Origin: an uncultured Nitrospinota bacterium
Lineage (GTDB): Bacteria; Tectomicrobia; Entotheonellia; J063; CAVPRW01
Length of the DNA: 64,000 nucleotides
Assembly (NCBI GenBank): GCA_963707985.1
Contig: CAVPRW010000028.1
Span: forward strand, 1 to 64,000
Direction of reading: 5' to 3'
The position numbers and the translations under genes were made by a program. Under the pieces are notes generated by a model, which saw only the letters and a program-made list of their open reading frames with translations, did not search any database and was not told the DNA's origin. Of this stretch, positions 51,778 through 61,357 are shown in pieces. Each line of letters opens with the position of its first letter. Positions within the stretch are counted from its first letter, which is position 1.

Positions 51778-54700
51778 GAGCCAGGTGAAGGGGGCCAAGC
51801 CGGCTCAAGAGGAGCCCATTGGTTCCCTCTCCCTCCGGCGGGAGAGAGGTAGGGTGAGGGCGGATCCGAGCGAGTTCGGCAGCTTGTCTCCTCTGACCCC
51901 GGTCCTCTCCCAGGGGGAGAGGGAGTTTTATCCCAGCGCCTATAACCAGCAGGAGAGACAGGTTGCATTCGGACTCTCCACACGATATGTCGTCGGCTAC
52001 TTGGTGCAAGCAGTGCTGGTACAGCCAACGCTCCTTGGGGCTGGCGATGATGTGGTCGAGCAGGTAGAGGGTATCGGTATCCCCGACGTCATCGAGGTGT
52101 CGGTTGGAAACAGCACGGTGTGGCTGACCGTGATGGACATCAAAGACAGCCCCGCGCCACGGTATGCCCAGCAGTGGCAGGTGGCCTTCTATGCAGCTCT
52201 TCTGAAAGCATCCCTCCAGGGCTACACCCTTGCCCTGCCGGTGCGTGTAGCCGACAGCGGGGTGATCGTCACCCGGCAGACAGATCCGGACGGGGAACCA
52301 GCCCGGCACACATTTGACCTGGCCCCCTATTTAGCCGCTCTGCCGCTGCTTCAGCGCCACATCACCGGCATCCTGACGACGCGGGTATTGGAAGCGCCTT
52401 GGCAGTTGCAACCGCACTGTCGGTCGTGTGCCTACTTCGACACCTGCTATCGCCAGGCCTTGTCCACCGACGATGTGATGTTGCTGCCGCACCTGACGGC
52501 GGGCGAGCATGTGAAGTTGCGCATGCTCGGCTTGCGTACTCTGCCACAGGCGGCCCAGTGGTTTCAGGAGGACACCGAGCGCCGCGACACACCCTTCAGC
52601 CCGCAACAAGCGACCAGCCTCGGCGCACGGTTGCGCGCCTTGTTGGACAACCGTCTGGAATTGCTGGCTGAGAGCACCACATTGTATCCGGCGAATATCG
52701 CCGCTGTTATCTTTATGCACCTGTTACGCGATCCGCTGAGCGGTCGGCCACGAGCCTGGGGCTTACATCGTCTGGCACAGGGTGTACCGCCCGAGGAGCC
52801 CCGCTACTGGGTGGCTGCCCACGAGGCGGAGGAGCCAACCTGCCAGCAAGCGTTCATCGCAACCTTACAGGCTTGGTGGCGGGCAGCCATTACAGCAGAT
52901 CAGGGGCCACATCTGGTAACGTTTGGGTCCGGGAGCTTACAGGTGCTGCAAGAGGCCATGCATGATGCCCCGGAGTCGGCGGCGCTGGACTTTTTGTGGG
53001 CCACAGAGCGGCATACCGACCTCCAGCAGCTATTGAGCCGACATTTTGCGCTGCCGATTCCTCTGGGGACCACGCTGACGACCGCCGCCCAGGTCTGGGG
53101 CCTTGACCCTACCATGGCGCCGTCCGCAGGGCTACTTCAGGGTGCAGGGGAGGATGAAGCGGAGCTGTTGCTCCATAACTGCCTCGATGCGACGCAGGTG
53201 GCGCAGATCGAAGGCTACCTCCGGACGCACCTGGCGTTGCAGCAACACCTGTGGCAAGCCTGTACCGCCTCCCTGCGCAGCGATCGGCCACAGCACCGTT
53301 GGGACGATTCGACACCCGACTCAGAGCAAACCCTGGAACGCAGCTGCGTTGATTTCCTGGAGCAACAGCAGCGCTGGCGTGAACAGGATATCCTGGCGTT
53401 GCAACGCCTGCCGCTCACCGAACGCGCGGAGCGCTACCGCACCCTCGGGCCTCTGGCGTTTCAGGAGACTACGCTGGATGCCGAGGGCCGCTTTCTGTAC
53501 CAGTTCCGGCTGCCGTCGGAGGCGCCGCCAGCACGCTTTCGTGCCGGTGATTTTCTCAGATTGAATGCAGTCGGCAGCCCTGACCTCCAGGAGGGCATCC
53601 CCATCCTGCTGGCGCGCTATGAGCCGCACGATCAACGCCTCGCTGTCATCGCCCGACAGGGGCGCCCTGCCCTGAGCAAACAATTGCGCTACACGCTAGA
53701 TGAGGATCTCGATGATTGGACAACCCCCAGGATGCTGCATGCGGTGCATGAGGCCTTGACGCCGGGCAAACATCCCCATCTCACTGCCCTCCTGGCCGGC
53801 ACCCTGCCGCTCGCGCAGCCGATGCCTGGCCTGGCATGGGCGCAGCGCTGGCTGGCACAGCTGGACCTCAATACACGCCAACGCGAGGCACTGCTGCTGC
53901 CATTCCGGAGCCGCCTGGGTCTGATCGAAGGTCCACCGGGCACTGGCAAGACCCACGTGCTGGCCTGCATGCTCATCGCCCTGATCCTCGAAGCTTGGCA
54001 GGCGGGACATCCTCTACGCCTGGCCGTCAGTGCCCTGACGCACCAGGCGATCGACAACGTCTTGCGGAAGGTGCAACAATTGCTACGGGGATCAGCGCTG
54101 GAAACATTTCCGGGTCGCTGCTTGAAATGGGGTCGGCGCCTGTCGCTAACCTCTGACGATGGCGATGGGCCAGCACTCACGTATGTGGAAGATGCCGCAG
54201 AGGTGCTAGAGACCCCCCACCTGATCCTTGGCGCCACCGGCTTCGGACTGTACCAACTGTTCGACAGTCGGTCAGGGGCCTTTCCGGCCTTTTTTGATTG
54301 GGTGATCCTTGACGAGGCCTCGCAATTGCTGCTGCCACAGGCGTTACTCAGCCTCATCTATGGCAAGGGACACTACATCTTCTGCGGCGATGTCCAGCAA
54401 CTGCCACCGGTCGTCCTGGGGCCGCAACCAGCCGAGGAGAAGGCGGTACCAAGCCGCTCGATCCTGGCCCACCTGCTGGCAACCTATGGTACCAGTGGTG
54501 CCAGCGCACGGGTGCGTCTGAATGAGACCTATCGCCTGAACCGGGAGCTCTGCCAGTTGCCCAGCCGCTTGTGGTACGAGGATGATCTGCTTCCCGCTCC
54601 GGCCAATGCTGATGCGCGCCTGGCGCTGCCAACCATGCAGCAGCCCGACCTGGTGGACGCGATTCTGGCCCCGCAACACCCGGTGACGCTCGTGTTGGCC

Positions 54701-55174
54701 GAGCACGCCACCGCTCATCAGCACGCTCCGGTGGAGGTCGACATCGTCGCCACGCTGGCGGCACGCCTGTTGCTCGACTGCGGTATGGGGCCCGAGCGCC
54801 TGGCCATCGTGACCCCACATCGAGCCCAAAACAACGCCATTACCAGGCGTCTATCGCAGTTACTTGCCGAACACGGCGGCGGGGTGACCTTGCCGGTCAT
54901 CGATACCGTCGAGCGTTTGCAGGGAGCGGAGCGCGATATCGTGCTGTTTTCCGTGACGACTTCCGATCCGGATCATCTCGCCAGTGCTTTTCTGAACAAC
55001 CCCAACCGTTTCAACGTCGCCATTACGCGGGCTCGCCACAAGTTGGTGGTAGTCGGTAGCACCGCCTTCTTTGCCCAGGTGCCGCCTGACGAAACCGCCT
55101 TGCAAGCCAATTACTGCTTTAAGGCCTTCTACCACCTCTGCCAGGAGCAGGGCTCGCTGTTCACCTGGCCGTAG
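51641..55174 (+). CDS. Cas4/TM0106-like nuclease + DNA2/Upf1-like SF1 helicase (3' part of the same probable gene)
   Basis: GIPD...MDIK...QWQVAFY, HCRSCAYFDTC; EGPPGTGKT, ILDEASQ, GDVQQLPPV, LNETYR, DTVERLQGAERD, RFNVAITRAR. Confidence 0.85.
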   Translation: MRSGMSLAGAFPCKNAKCRVLRRSRSSSTRVRRLSSPHPFAQEEHESQVKGAKPAQEEPIGSLSLRRERGRVRADPSEFGSLSPLTPVLSQGEREFYPSAYNQQERQVAFGLSTRYVVGYLVQAVLVQPTLLGAGDDVVEQVEGIGIPDVIEVSVGNSTVWLTVMDIKDSPAPRYAQQWQVAFYAALLKASLQGYTLALPVRVADSGVIVTRQTDPDGEPARHTFDLAPYLAALPLLQRHITGILTTRVLEAPWQLQPHCRSCAYFDTCYRQALSTDDVMLLPHLTAGEHVKLRMLGLRTLPQAAQWFQEDTERRDTPFSPQQATSLGARLRALLDNRLELLAESTTLYPANIAAVIFMHLLRDPLSGRPRAWGLHRLAQGVPPEEPRYWVAAHEAEEPTCQQAFIATLQAWWRAAITADQGPHLVTFGSGSLQVLQEAMHDAPESAALDFLWATERHTDLQQLLSRHFALPIPLGTTLTTAAQVWGLDPTMAPSAGLLQGAGEDEAELLLHNCLDATQVAQIEGYLRTHLALQQHLWQACTASLRSDRPQHRWDDSTPDSEQTLERSCVDFLEQQQRWREQDILALQRLPLTERAERYRTLGPLAFQETTLDAEGRFLYQFRLPSEAPPARFRAGDFLRLNAVGSPDLQEGIPILLARYEPHDQRLAVIARQGRPALSKQLRYTLDEDLDDWTTPRMLHAVHEALTPGKHPHLTALLAGTLPLAQPMPGLAWAQRWLAQLDLNTRQREALLLPFRSRLGLIEGPPGTGKTHVLACMLIALILEAWQAGHPLRLAVSALTHQAIDNVLRKVQQLLRGSALETFPGRCLKWGRRLSLTSDDGDGPALTYVEDAAEVLETPHLILGATGFGLYQLFDSRSGAFPAFFDWVILDEASQLLLPQALLSLIYGKGHYIFCGDVQQLPPVVLGPQPAEEKAVPSRSILAHLLATYGTSGASARVRLNETYRLNRELCQLPSRLWYEDDLLPAPANADARLALPTMQQPDLVDAILAPQHPVTLVLAEHATAHQHAPVEVDIVATLAARLLLDCGMGPERLAIVTPHRAQNNAITRRLSQLLAEHGGGVTLPVIDTVERLQGAERDIVLFSVTTSDPDHLASAFLNNPNRFNVAITRARHKLVVVGSTAFFAQVPPDETALQANYCFKAFYHLCQEQGSLFTWP
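51742..51925. repeat. Intragenic REP-like palindromes: inverted pair 51824-51860 / 51890-51925 and a degenerate copy at about 51742-51780
   Basis: TCCCTCTCCC...GGGAGAGAGGTAGGGTGAGGG and CCTCTGACCCCGGTCCTCTCCCAGGGGGAGAGGGAG resemble the element at 3509-3541. Confidence 0.7.
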
Positions 55175-55446
55175 CACAAGCTTCTCAGTACTAGGTCTTA
55201 CGGCTCGCAATCATCCGCTGCGGCCCACCTTGATGACCACTAGCCGGAAGCTTGGCCAATGACAGCGCTGAGCCTCGCGGATGAGGGGATAGCATGCAGA
55301 CATGGCCACGAGATTCTTGACGCCGGTGAGGAATGCCGCCGACTCGCGAGGGCCCGCCGAGTGCTATGCTGTCTCGTTGTCGGCGCGGCATACATCGCGG
55401 CTCTGGCGCCGCGAGCCACTGCGTTTCCGGTCATGGGCGACCTGAG

Positions 55447-55707
55447 ATGAGCATTGCCTTGACCCCAAAGCTGGCCGCCGCCGTGCGCGCGGCCGTGGCC
55501 AACGGCGAGTATGTCAGCAGCAGCGAGGTCGTCCGCGAGGCGTTACGGGACTGGCAATTACGCCGCGCCCTGCACCAGAAGGAACTGGAGGAATTTCGGC
55601 GCTTATGGCAGGAGGGGATCGACAGCGGTCCCGGCCATCTGGCGGATATGCAGGCGATCAAGGCCGAAGCCAGACGCCGCTTTGAGCAGGCAGGGGCTGC
55701 CGAATAG
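55447..55707 (+). CDS. parD: ParD-like ribbon-helix-helix antitoxin
   Basis: MSIALTP...VANGEYVSSSEVVREALRDW...QEGIDSG. Confidence 0.88.
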   Translation: MSIALTPKLAAAVRAAVANGEYVSSSEVVREALRDWQLRRALHQKELEEFRRLWQEGIDSGPGHLADMQAIKAEARRRFEQAGAAE

Positions 55708-55734
55708 CCGGCCACCGACCACACGAGGGGGAGG

Positions 55735-56046
55735 ATGCCGGACATCCGACGGACGGCGCAGGCGGAAGAAGACCTGGTCGATCTCTGGTTGCATATCGCG
55801 CAGGACAATCCCGGCGCGGCAGACCGCCTGCTGGATGACATCGAGGACAAATGCTCCCTATTGGCTACCAACCCGCAGCTTGGGGCGGCACGTCCAGACA
55901 TCGCCGCCGACTGCCGGTATGTTCCCATGGGCCGCTATCTCATCCTGTACCGTCTCATCCCGGACGGCATCGAGGTGGTCAGGGTCGTGCAAGGGTTCCG
56001 CCGCCTGGAAGACCTCTTTCCTGGGGCCTACCCCCCAGGCCCGTAG
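55735..56046 (+). CDS. parE: ParE/RelE family toxin
   Basis: TAQAEEDLVDLWLHIAQDNPGAADRLL...GAARPDI...YLILYR...IEVVRVVQG. Confidence 0.9.
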   Translation: MPDIRRTAQAEEDLVDLWLHIAQDNPGAADRLLDDIEDKCSLLATNPQLGAARPDIAADCRYVPMGRYLILYRLIPDGIEVVRVVQGFRRLEDLFPGAYPPGP

Positions 56047-56090
56047 GAAGATAAAAACGTTTCTTTCCCTTGACACCCGAGGAGTGACAG

Positions 56091-56423
56091 ATGGAGCAGG
56101 TGATCCCGAACCCCCCCGTCAAAAAGGCCTGGCCCCTGATGACGCCCGCAGAGCGTCTGGCCATCTGGGAAGACGCACGCCTGGCCTGGAGCCCATGACG
56201 CAGCGGATGTGATCGCGCATATCGAGCGGGGCCGGGACGAGGCGGCCCGCGAGCTGCCACCACATGTGCAGTATCCAGTGTACACGCTCGACACCAACAT
56301 CATCATCGACTATTTCAACGGTGAAGCGCCCATTCTGGCCTTTCTGCGCGAGCAGACTGAACAGGGGGCGCCCTTATTTGTCTCCGCAGTGACGGAGCAC
56401 GAGCTGTACAAGCTATCCGCACC
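56091..56423 (+). pseudogene. VapBC-like pair: antitoxin fragment plus PIN toxin truncated by the transposon end
   Basis: VYTLDTNIIIDYF...LFVSAVTEHEL (PIN motifs) stops at TGTCAGTT at 56424; short frameshifted ORF upstream. Confidence 0.7.
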
Positions 56424-56579
56424 TGTCAGTTACAGAAGTAAATGCAACTTACTGAACGAAAAATCAATCACTTACGACTTATCCCGTACAAAAGATGCTG
56501 CAATTTTTCACACAAGGAGGTGCAATTGGCCGTATACTCACAGCAGTCAATGCAACTGGCCTCCCCTGGAGCTTCACTG

Positions 56580-58550
56580 ATGCCGGTACGAAGCGCTCCC
56601 GAGCACTCCAGCCCTCTCCCCACCGTGGCCAACGACGCTCAGGGCCACGCGGATCGTGCGTGGGCCTCGACACGTGAGCGGATACGTTTGACACCAGGCG
56701 CCGAGGTCGCCGTCGGTGCACGCCACTACCAGATTGACCAGGTCCTCGACTTAGAGACCGTCCTTGCCCACGACCTTGAATCCGGCAAGCTATCACGATT
56801 CAAGGTCAGCGACCTGGGACCCGTCATCACACCATCCGATCCGCCACACCCAGCCGGTGAGGAGGACCTGGTGGGGATCTCCGAGGCGATGTGGCAGATT
56901 GCCCGGGAACGCTTCGCCATTATCCGTCCGTTGCTCCTGACCCCACGCGCGACCTTGGCCCAGGTGGGTGAGCGTGCAGGTACCGCTGGGGTCAATCGCG
57001 TCACCGTCTACCGCTGGCTGCGACGGTATCAACGGAGCGGTCGACTCTCGAGCCTGCTGCCTTCGGAGCGCAGCGGGGGCCGCGGCCACAGCCGGCTGGC
57101 TCCTGACGTGGAGCCGATCGTGCAGGCCACGATCGAGGAGGTGTATCTCTCTGAGCAGAAGTCCTCGGCGCAGCAGACGTGTGTAGAGGTTCATCGCCGC
57201 TGCCGCAACGCGGGGCTGACGCCACCCCATCCGAATACCATCCGCTCCCGCATCCGGCGCCTGTCCGATCACGTGCGGCTGCGCCGACGCGAGGGCCCCA
57301 GAGCGGGTGTCGAGAAGTACACACCGCTGCAAGGCACGTTTCCCGGCGCAGACGGACCATTAGCGGTGGTCCAAATCGACCACATGCTGGTGGACCTGAT
57401 CCTGGTCGACGATCTCCACCGCCGTCCGGTCGGTCGGCCCTGGATCACCGTGGCCATCGATGTCTTTAGCCGCATGATCGCGGGGTGTTACGTCAGCTTC
57501 GATCCGCCGGGGGCCATGGCGGTTGGGCTCTGTCTGGCCCACGCGATTCTGCCGAAAGAGACCTGGCTGGCCAAGCACGAGATCGCGACGTCCTGGCCGG
57601 TGTGGGGCCTCATGGACATTGTCCATGCCGATAACGCCAAGGAATTCCACAGTCGGATGCTCCACCGCGCGTGCGAAAACTACGGGATCGACCTCCGTTG
57701 GCGGCCGGTGGCGCAACCCCAGTATGGGGGCCATATCGAGCGCCTGCTGGGGACCTTCAACCACGACATCCACGCCCTGCCAGGCACGACCTTCTCGAAT
57801 CTCGCCGAACGGGGGGCGTATGATGCCGACCAGAAGGCCGCGCTCACGCTGGCGGAGTTCGAGCGTTGGCTGGCCATTTATATCACGGAGATTTACCACC
57901 AGCGTGTGCATCGTGAGCTGGGGACCCCGCCGATGACCCGCTATGCGGAAGGCACCCTCGGGACGGTGGAGCGCCCTGGTCGCGGCCTGCCGGACCGCTT
58001 CCTCGAGGAGACACGGCTGCGTCTGGATTTCATGCCCTATGAAGAGCGGACCGTCCAACGCAGCGGCATCACCATCGACGAGATCTGTTACTACGATGAC
58101 GTGTTGCGACCGTGGATTCGTACGACGGATCCGACCGATCCCCAGGGACGGTGCCCCCGGAAGTTCATCGTCCGACGGGATCCGCGTGATATCAGCACGG
58201 TGTACTTCTACGACCCGGACGTCAACCAGTATTTTGCGATTCCGTACCGCCACACGACGCACCCCCCGATCAGTGTGTGGGAGCTGCGCCAGGTCCGACG
58301 TCAGCTCAAAGCCGAGGGACACAGGGCGGTCAACGAAGACCTGATTTTTGACGCCTATAACCGCCTCCGGGCGCTCGAGGACGAGGCGATTCGAGAGACG
58401 AGGAAAGCGCGACGCGCAGCCCAGCAGCGGCGGGTGCACGGCCAGATGGAACGGCCCACCCTCTCCTCTGTGAGGCCACCGATCGCGGCTCCGGTCGACC
58501 CCATGGACGATATCCAACCCTTTGATGAGATTGAGGAGCTTGATGGCTGA
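56580..58550 (+). CDS. tniA: TniA/TnsB-like DDE transposase (Mu transposase C-terminal domain)
   Basis: HTH, VVQIDH, RPWITVAIDVFSR, HADNAKEF, GGHIERLLGT, RRDPRDIS. Confidence 0.92.
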   Translation: MPVRSAPEHSSPLPTVANDAQGHADRAWASTRERIRLTPGAEVAVGARHYQIDQVLDLETVLAHDLESGKLSRFKVSDLGPVITPSDPPHPAGEEDLVGISEAMWQIARERFAIIRPLLLTPRATLAQVGERAGTAGVNRVTVYRWLRRYQRSGRLSSLLPSERSGGRGHSRLAPDVEPIVQATIEEVYLSEQKSSAQQTCVEVHRRCRNAGLTPPHPNTIRSRIRRLSDHVRLRRREGPRAGVEKYTPLQGTFPGADGPLAVVQIDHMLVDLILVDDLHRRPVGRPWITVAIDVFSRMIAGCYVSFDPPGAMAVGLCLAHAILPKETWLAKHEIATSWPVWGLMDIVHADNAKEFHSRMLHRACENYGIDLRWRPVAQPQYGGHIERLLGTFNHDIHALPGTTFSNLAERGAYDADQKAALTLAEFERWLAIYITEIYHQRVHRELGTPPMTRYAEGTLGTVERPGRGLPDRFLEETRLRLDFMPYEERTVQRSGITIDEICYYDDVLRPWIRTTDPTDPQGRCPRKFIVRRDPRDISTVYFYDPDVNQYFAIPYRHTTHPPISVWELRQVRRQLKAEGHRAVNEDLIFDAYNRLRALEDEAIRETRKARRAAQQRRVHGQMERPTLSSVRPPIAAPVDPMDDIQPFDEIEELDG

Positions 58551-59100
58551 CGCGATCTCCCATCTCCACGAGAGTGCCCGCACCGCCCTGGACCTGTCGG
58601 TGGAGGACCGGATCGAACGCATCCGTCGTCCGCGCTGGATTGGCTACACCCGCGCCATCCACATCCTCGAGCAATGGGAGGCGTTACTCACCCATCCCAG
58701 AAGCCACCGCATGCCCGGGCTCCTGATCGTGGGGGAGACGAACGCGGGCAAGACCATGCTGGCCAACCGCTTTGTCCAGTTGCATCCCGCCTGCGAGCAT
58801 CCGGACGGCGAGGCGGCGGTGGTCCCCGTCCTGGCGATGCAGGCCCCGCCCGGACCGGATGAGAGTCGCTTCTACCATGGGATCTTCGAGACGCTGTGTG
58901 CGCCGGACCCGCCCCGCGAACGCGTGGCCAAACAGCAATTTCAGGTCCTGCGGCTGCTCAAGCAGATCGACATACGGATGCTGATGATCGATGAGATCCA
59001 CAACATCATCACCGGGCCTGTGAGCAAGCAACGGCAGTTTTTGAATGTGCTCAAGTACCTCAGCAACGACCTTCAGACCACGAGGTCCTGCGTGTGTTGA
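58543..59100 (+). pseudogene. tniB: TniB NTP-binding protein, 3'-truncated near 59078
   Basis: RWIGY, GETNAGKT, LMIDEIHN, QFLNVLKYLSNDLQ, then an abrupt end. Confidence 0.85.
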
Positions 59101-59846
59101 CGGCCAAGACCGCCACCGCTCGTGCACGTGTCTTGGCGACGACGGTGCGAGGCTATCGGGGGTATCGCACGGAGGACCTGAGGCGCCTGAAGCGGCCGCC
59201 GTGGTTGCTGCGGTTGGGCCTGCGCTCGTGCACCCGTTCCCGGCCCTGGCTGCAGTATTGTCCCCAGTGTCTGCGAGGGGATGCCGATCCCTACTTCCGG
59301 CGGTGTTGGCGCCTGGCGTTCGTCACCGTCTGTCCCGCGCACGCCCGGCGGTTGCTGGATCGCTGCGAGGCCTGTGGGGCCGTCGTCAACTTTCACCGGC
59401 TTCCCGGCGATGCCGAGACGATGACGCAGTGTCATGGCTGCCGGGGCGATCTGCGTTGTGCCCAGGCGCCGACGTTACGGAGGACTGCGGGGGATTACCG
59501 TTTGGTCCAATTCCAAACGTTCCTGCTCACCACGATGCGGACGGGGACGTGCCGAGTCGTGGGCTCCAGTGCCATCCAGGGCGCGCCGTTCTTCGGGATG
59601 TTGCACCGGCGCGTGCGGATGTTCCTGACCACGAGGCATGCGCCAGCCTTCAAAGAGGCCTTTGGTGCGTATGGGCCATTGATGTGGTTACCCTCCGACC
59701 ATGCCTCTCCTGCCCCGCGATCGATGGAGGGGCTCGGTGTCGAGGATCGCTTCACGCTCATGCGGTTTGTCTCTTGGTGGTATGGCCAGTGGCTCGCACC
59801 ATTGATGCTGCGGACTGTCGAAGCCCAGCTGGGAGGGGCGGGATAA
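59076..59846 (+). pseudogene. tniQ: TniQ, 5'-truncated
   Basis: LQYCPQCL...PYFRRCWRLAFVTVCPAH...LLDRCEACG...CHGC zinc fingers; N-terminal TniQ segment missing. Confidence 0.85.
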
Positions 59847-59934
59847 CTCCCATTTCGCAGAAGGCCGGGAGTGCGAAGCGGATCCTGAGTTTTGACGTGG
59901 TTTTCTCCCTCCACTATGCTGAAAAGGCCCATGT

Positions 59935-60639
59935 ATGCGTACTCCATCCGTAAACGCGAAACGCGACGAAACTCTCAAATCCCTCATTGCGGCCACCACC
60001 AAACTCTGGCGAGCCCACCATCTCACCTACGACCAAGCCCGGTATGTGGCCAAAGAAGTATGCCGCGCCCTCGCGCTTGAACGGCCGAAGACAAGAAAGC
60101 GAGTCGTGGCGCGGCTCTCCCGCGACAAGGAACGACGGCTTATCAGCCACGCCTACCGCATGAAAGGCACGCGGGGTCTCCTCATCAAGACCCTCTTCCA
60201 GACCGGCGCCCGAGTCTCGGAGTTTGTGAACATCAAGGTGAACGAGTTCTTCTTTGATGAACAGATGATCTTGATCTCCAAAGCCAAAGGCGGCAAGAGC
60301 CGGTATGTACCGATCCTGCCCGAGCTGGCCCAGGAATTGAGAACGCACCTTGGCGATCGCGCTGCGGGCTACCTCTTTGAAACCATTCATCACACCCCCT
60401 ACTCACCGCGCCGCATCCAGCAGATCATCAAGGAGACCGCGGACGCAGCCAAGATCACCAAACGCGTATACCCGCATCTCCTGCGCCACTCGGTGGCAAC
60501 AACCCTTCTGGAACGCGGGATGCCCTTGGAGCAAATCCAGAAGTTCCTGGGCCACTCCAAACTCGAAACGACCCAGATTTATGCCGAGTCAACGCCCGAG
60601 ATGATCAAGGAGAGCTATCAGAAAGCGCTGGCTGGTTGA
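59935..60639 (+). CDS. Short tyrosine recombinase (234 aa; not an integron integrase)
   Basis: TGARVSE, KGGKSR, HLLRHS, LGH, TTQIY catalytic set; no IntI-specific insertion between YLF and the HxxR box. Confidence 0.9.
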   Translation: MRTPSVNAKRDETLKSLIAATTKLWRAHHLTYDQARYVAKEVCRALALERPKTRKRVVARLSRDKERRLISHAYRMKGTRGLLIKTLFQTGARVSEFVNIKVNEFFFDEQMILISKAKGGKSRYVPILPELAQELRTHLGDRAAGYLFETIHHTPYSPRRIQQIIKETADAAKITKRVYPHLLRHSVATTLLERGMPLEQIQKFLGHSKLETTQIYAESTPEMIKESYQKALAG

Positions 60640-60774
60640 AGTGTGTCATGAGGAGATTTCTCGTCGAGGCAAGCCGAGCGTCTCTCCGGGATGGTGCCCG
60701 GGAGATTGCTGATAACAGGCGTCGGGCAAAGCTGCCCGAAAACACCAGCCATATCACATTATGAGGTCAAATCT

Positions 60775-60796
60775 GCCTGATACTCAATGGTTCGGC
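60775..60796 (+). other. Possible attI-like simple site / cassette start (GCCTGAT-8 nt-GTTCGGC)
   Basis: GTT core 30 bp before the first cassette ORF, with an imperfect inverted box upstream. Confidence 0.4.
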
Positions 60797-60819
60797 TCAA
60801 GGGGGAAGCGTAGAAGAAC

Positions 60820-61263
60820 ATGTACGGCATACTATTGCTACTGCACATTCTGGCAGCAACTGTCTGGACGGGTGGTCACTTGGTGCTTGCCCTAACCGTC
60901 TTGCCGCGAGTGCTCAAGGAGCAATCTCCTTCTGAACTATTTTTATTTGAGTCAGCCTATGAACGGATTGGGATACCAGCCTTACTGATTCAGGTCGCTA
61001 CAGGAGTTTGGCTTGCACGTCGAGTCGTTCCAGACGTGAGTCAATGGTTGGCTTTTGATGATCCGACTGCACGCTTGATTGGCGCGAAGCTTGTCCTCTT
61101 GGCAGTGACAATCGCCTTCGCGGTCGATGCCCGCTTAAGGATTATTCCGCGTCTGTCGGTGCAGAATCTCACATCGTTGGCGTGGCACATCATCTCCGTC
61201 ACGGCAATTTCGGTTCTTTTTGTTGTTGTCGGCGTTTCATTCAGGACAGGATGGCTTTACTAA
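60820..61263 (+). CDS. CopD-family copper-resistance membrane protein (gene cassette)
   Basis: LLHILAATVWTGGHLVL...LIQVATG...KLVLL; four TM segments; attC immediately after the stop. Confidence 0.75.
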   Translation: MYGILLLLHILAATVWTGGHLVLALTVLPRVLKEQSPSELFLFESAYERIGIPALLIQVATGVWLARRVVPDVSQWLAFDDPTARLIGAKLVLLAVTIAFAVDARLRIIPRLSVQNLTSLAWHIISVTAISVLFVVVGVSFRTGWLY

Positions 61264-61321
61264 GTCTAACAATCGATTCCAGCGGACAGCTTTCCGCCGC
61301 CACTGAACCGCGCCGTGAGAC
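61264..61321 (+). other. Integron attC site (58 bp)
   Basis: R'' GTCTAAC, L'' ATTCCAGC, L' ACTGAAC, R' GTGAGAC (GTT changed to GTG); starts right after the stop codon. Confidence 0.75.
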
Positions 61322-61357
61322 CCTGCGGGCGAAGGCTCTGAACACAAAGGAAAACGT

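Noticed and set aside
44626..55174. Canonical BREX or Shango call
   Set aside because: No PglZ, PglX, BrxC or TerB-domain gene is recognisable in the window; only the ATPase and helicase families are shared.
57360..58622. 420-aa minus-strand ORF (also 11597..12781)
   Set aside because: Antisense shadows of well-supported genes in GC-rich DNA.
59935..60639. Tyrosine recombinase as integron integrase IntI
   Set aside because: Only 234 aa and lacks the IntI-specific insertion before the HxxR motif.
60745..60772. dif-like site (CCATATCACATTATGAGGTCAAAT)
   Set aside because: Only partial resemblance to the XerD arm with wrong spacing; may be the recombinase's own site but cannot be supported.
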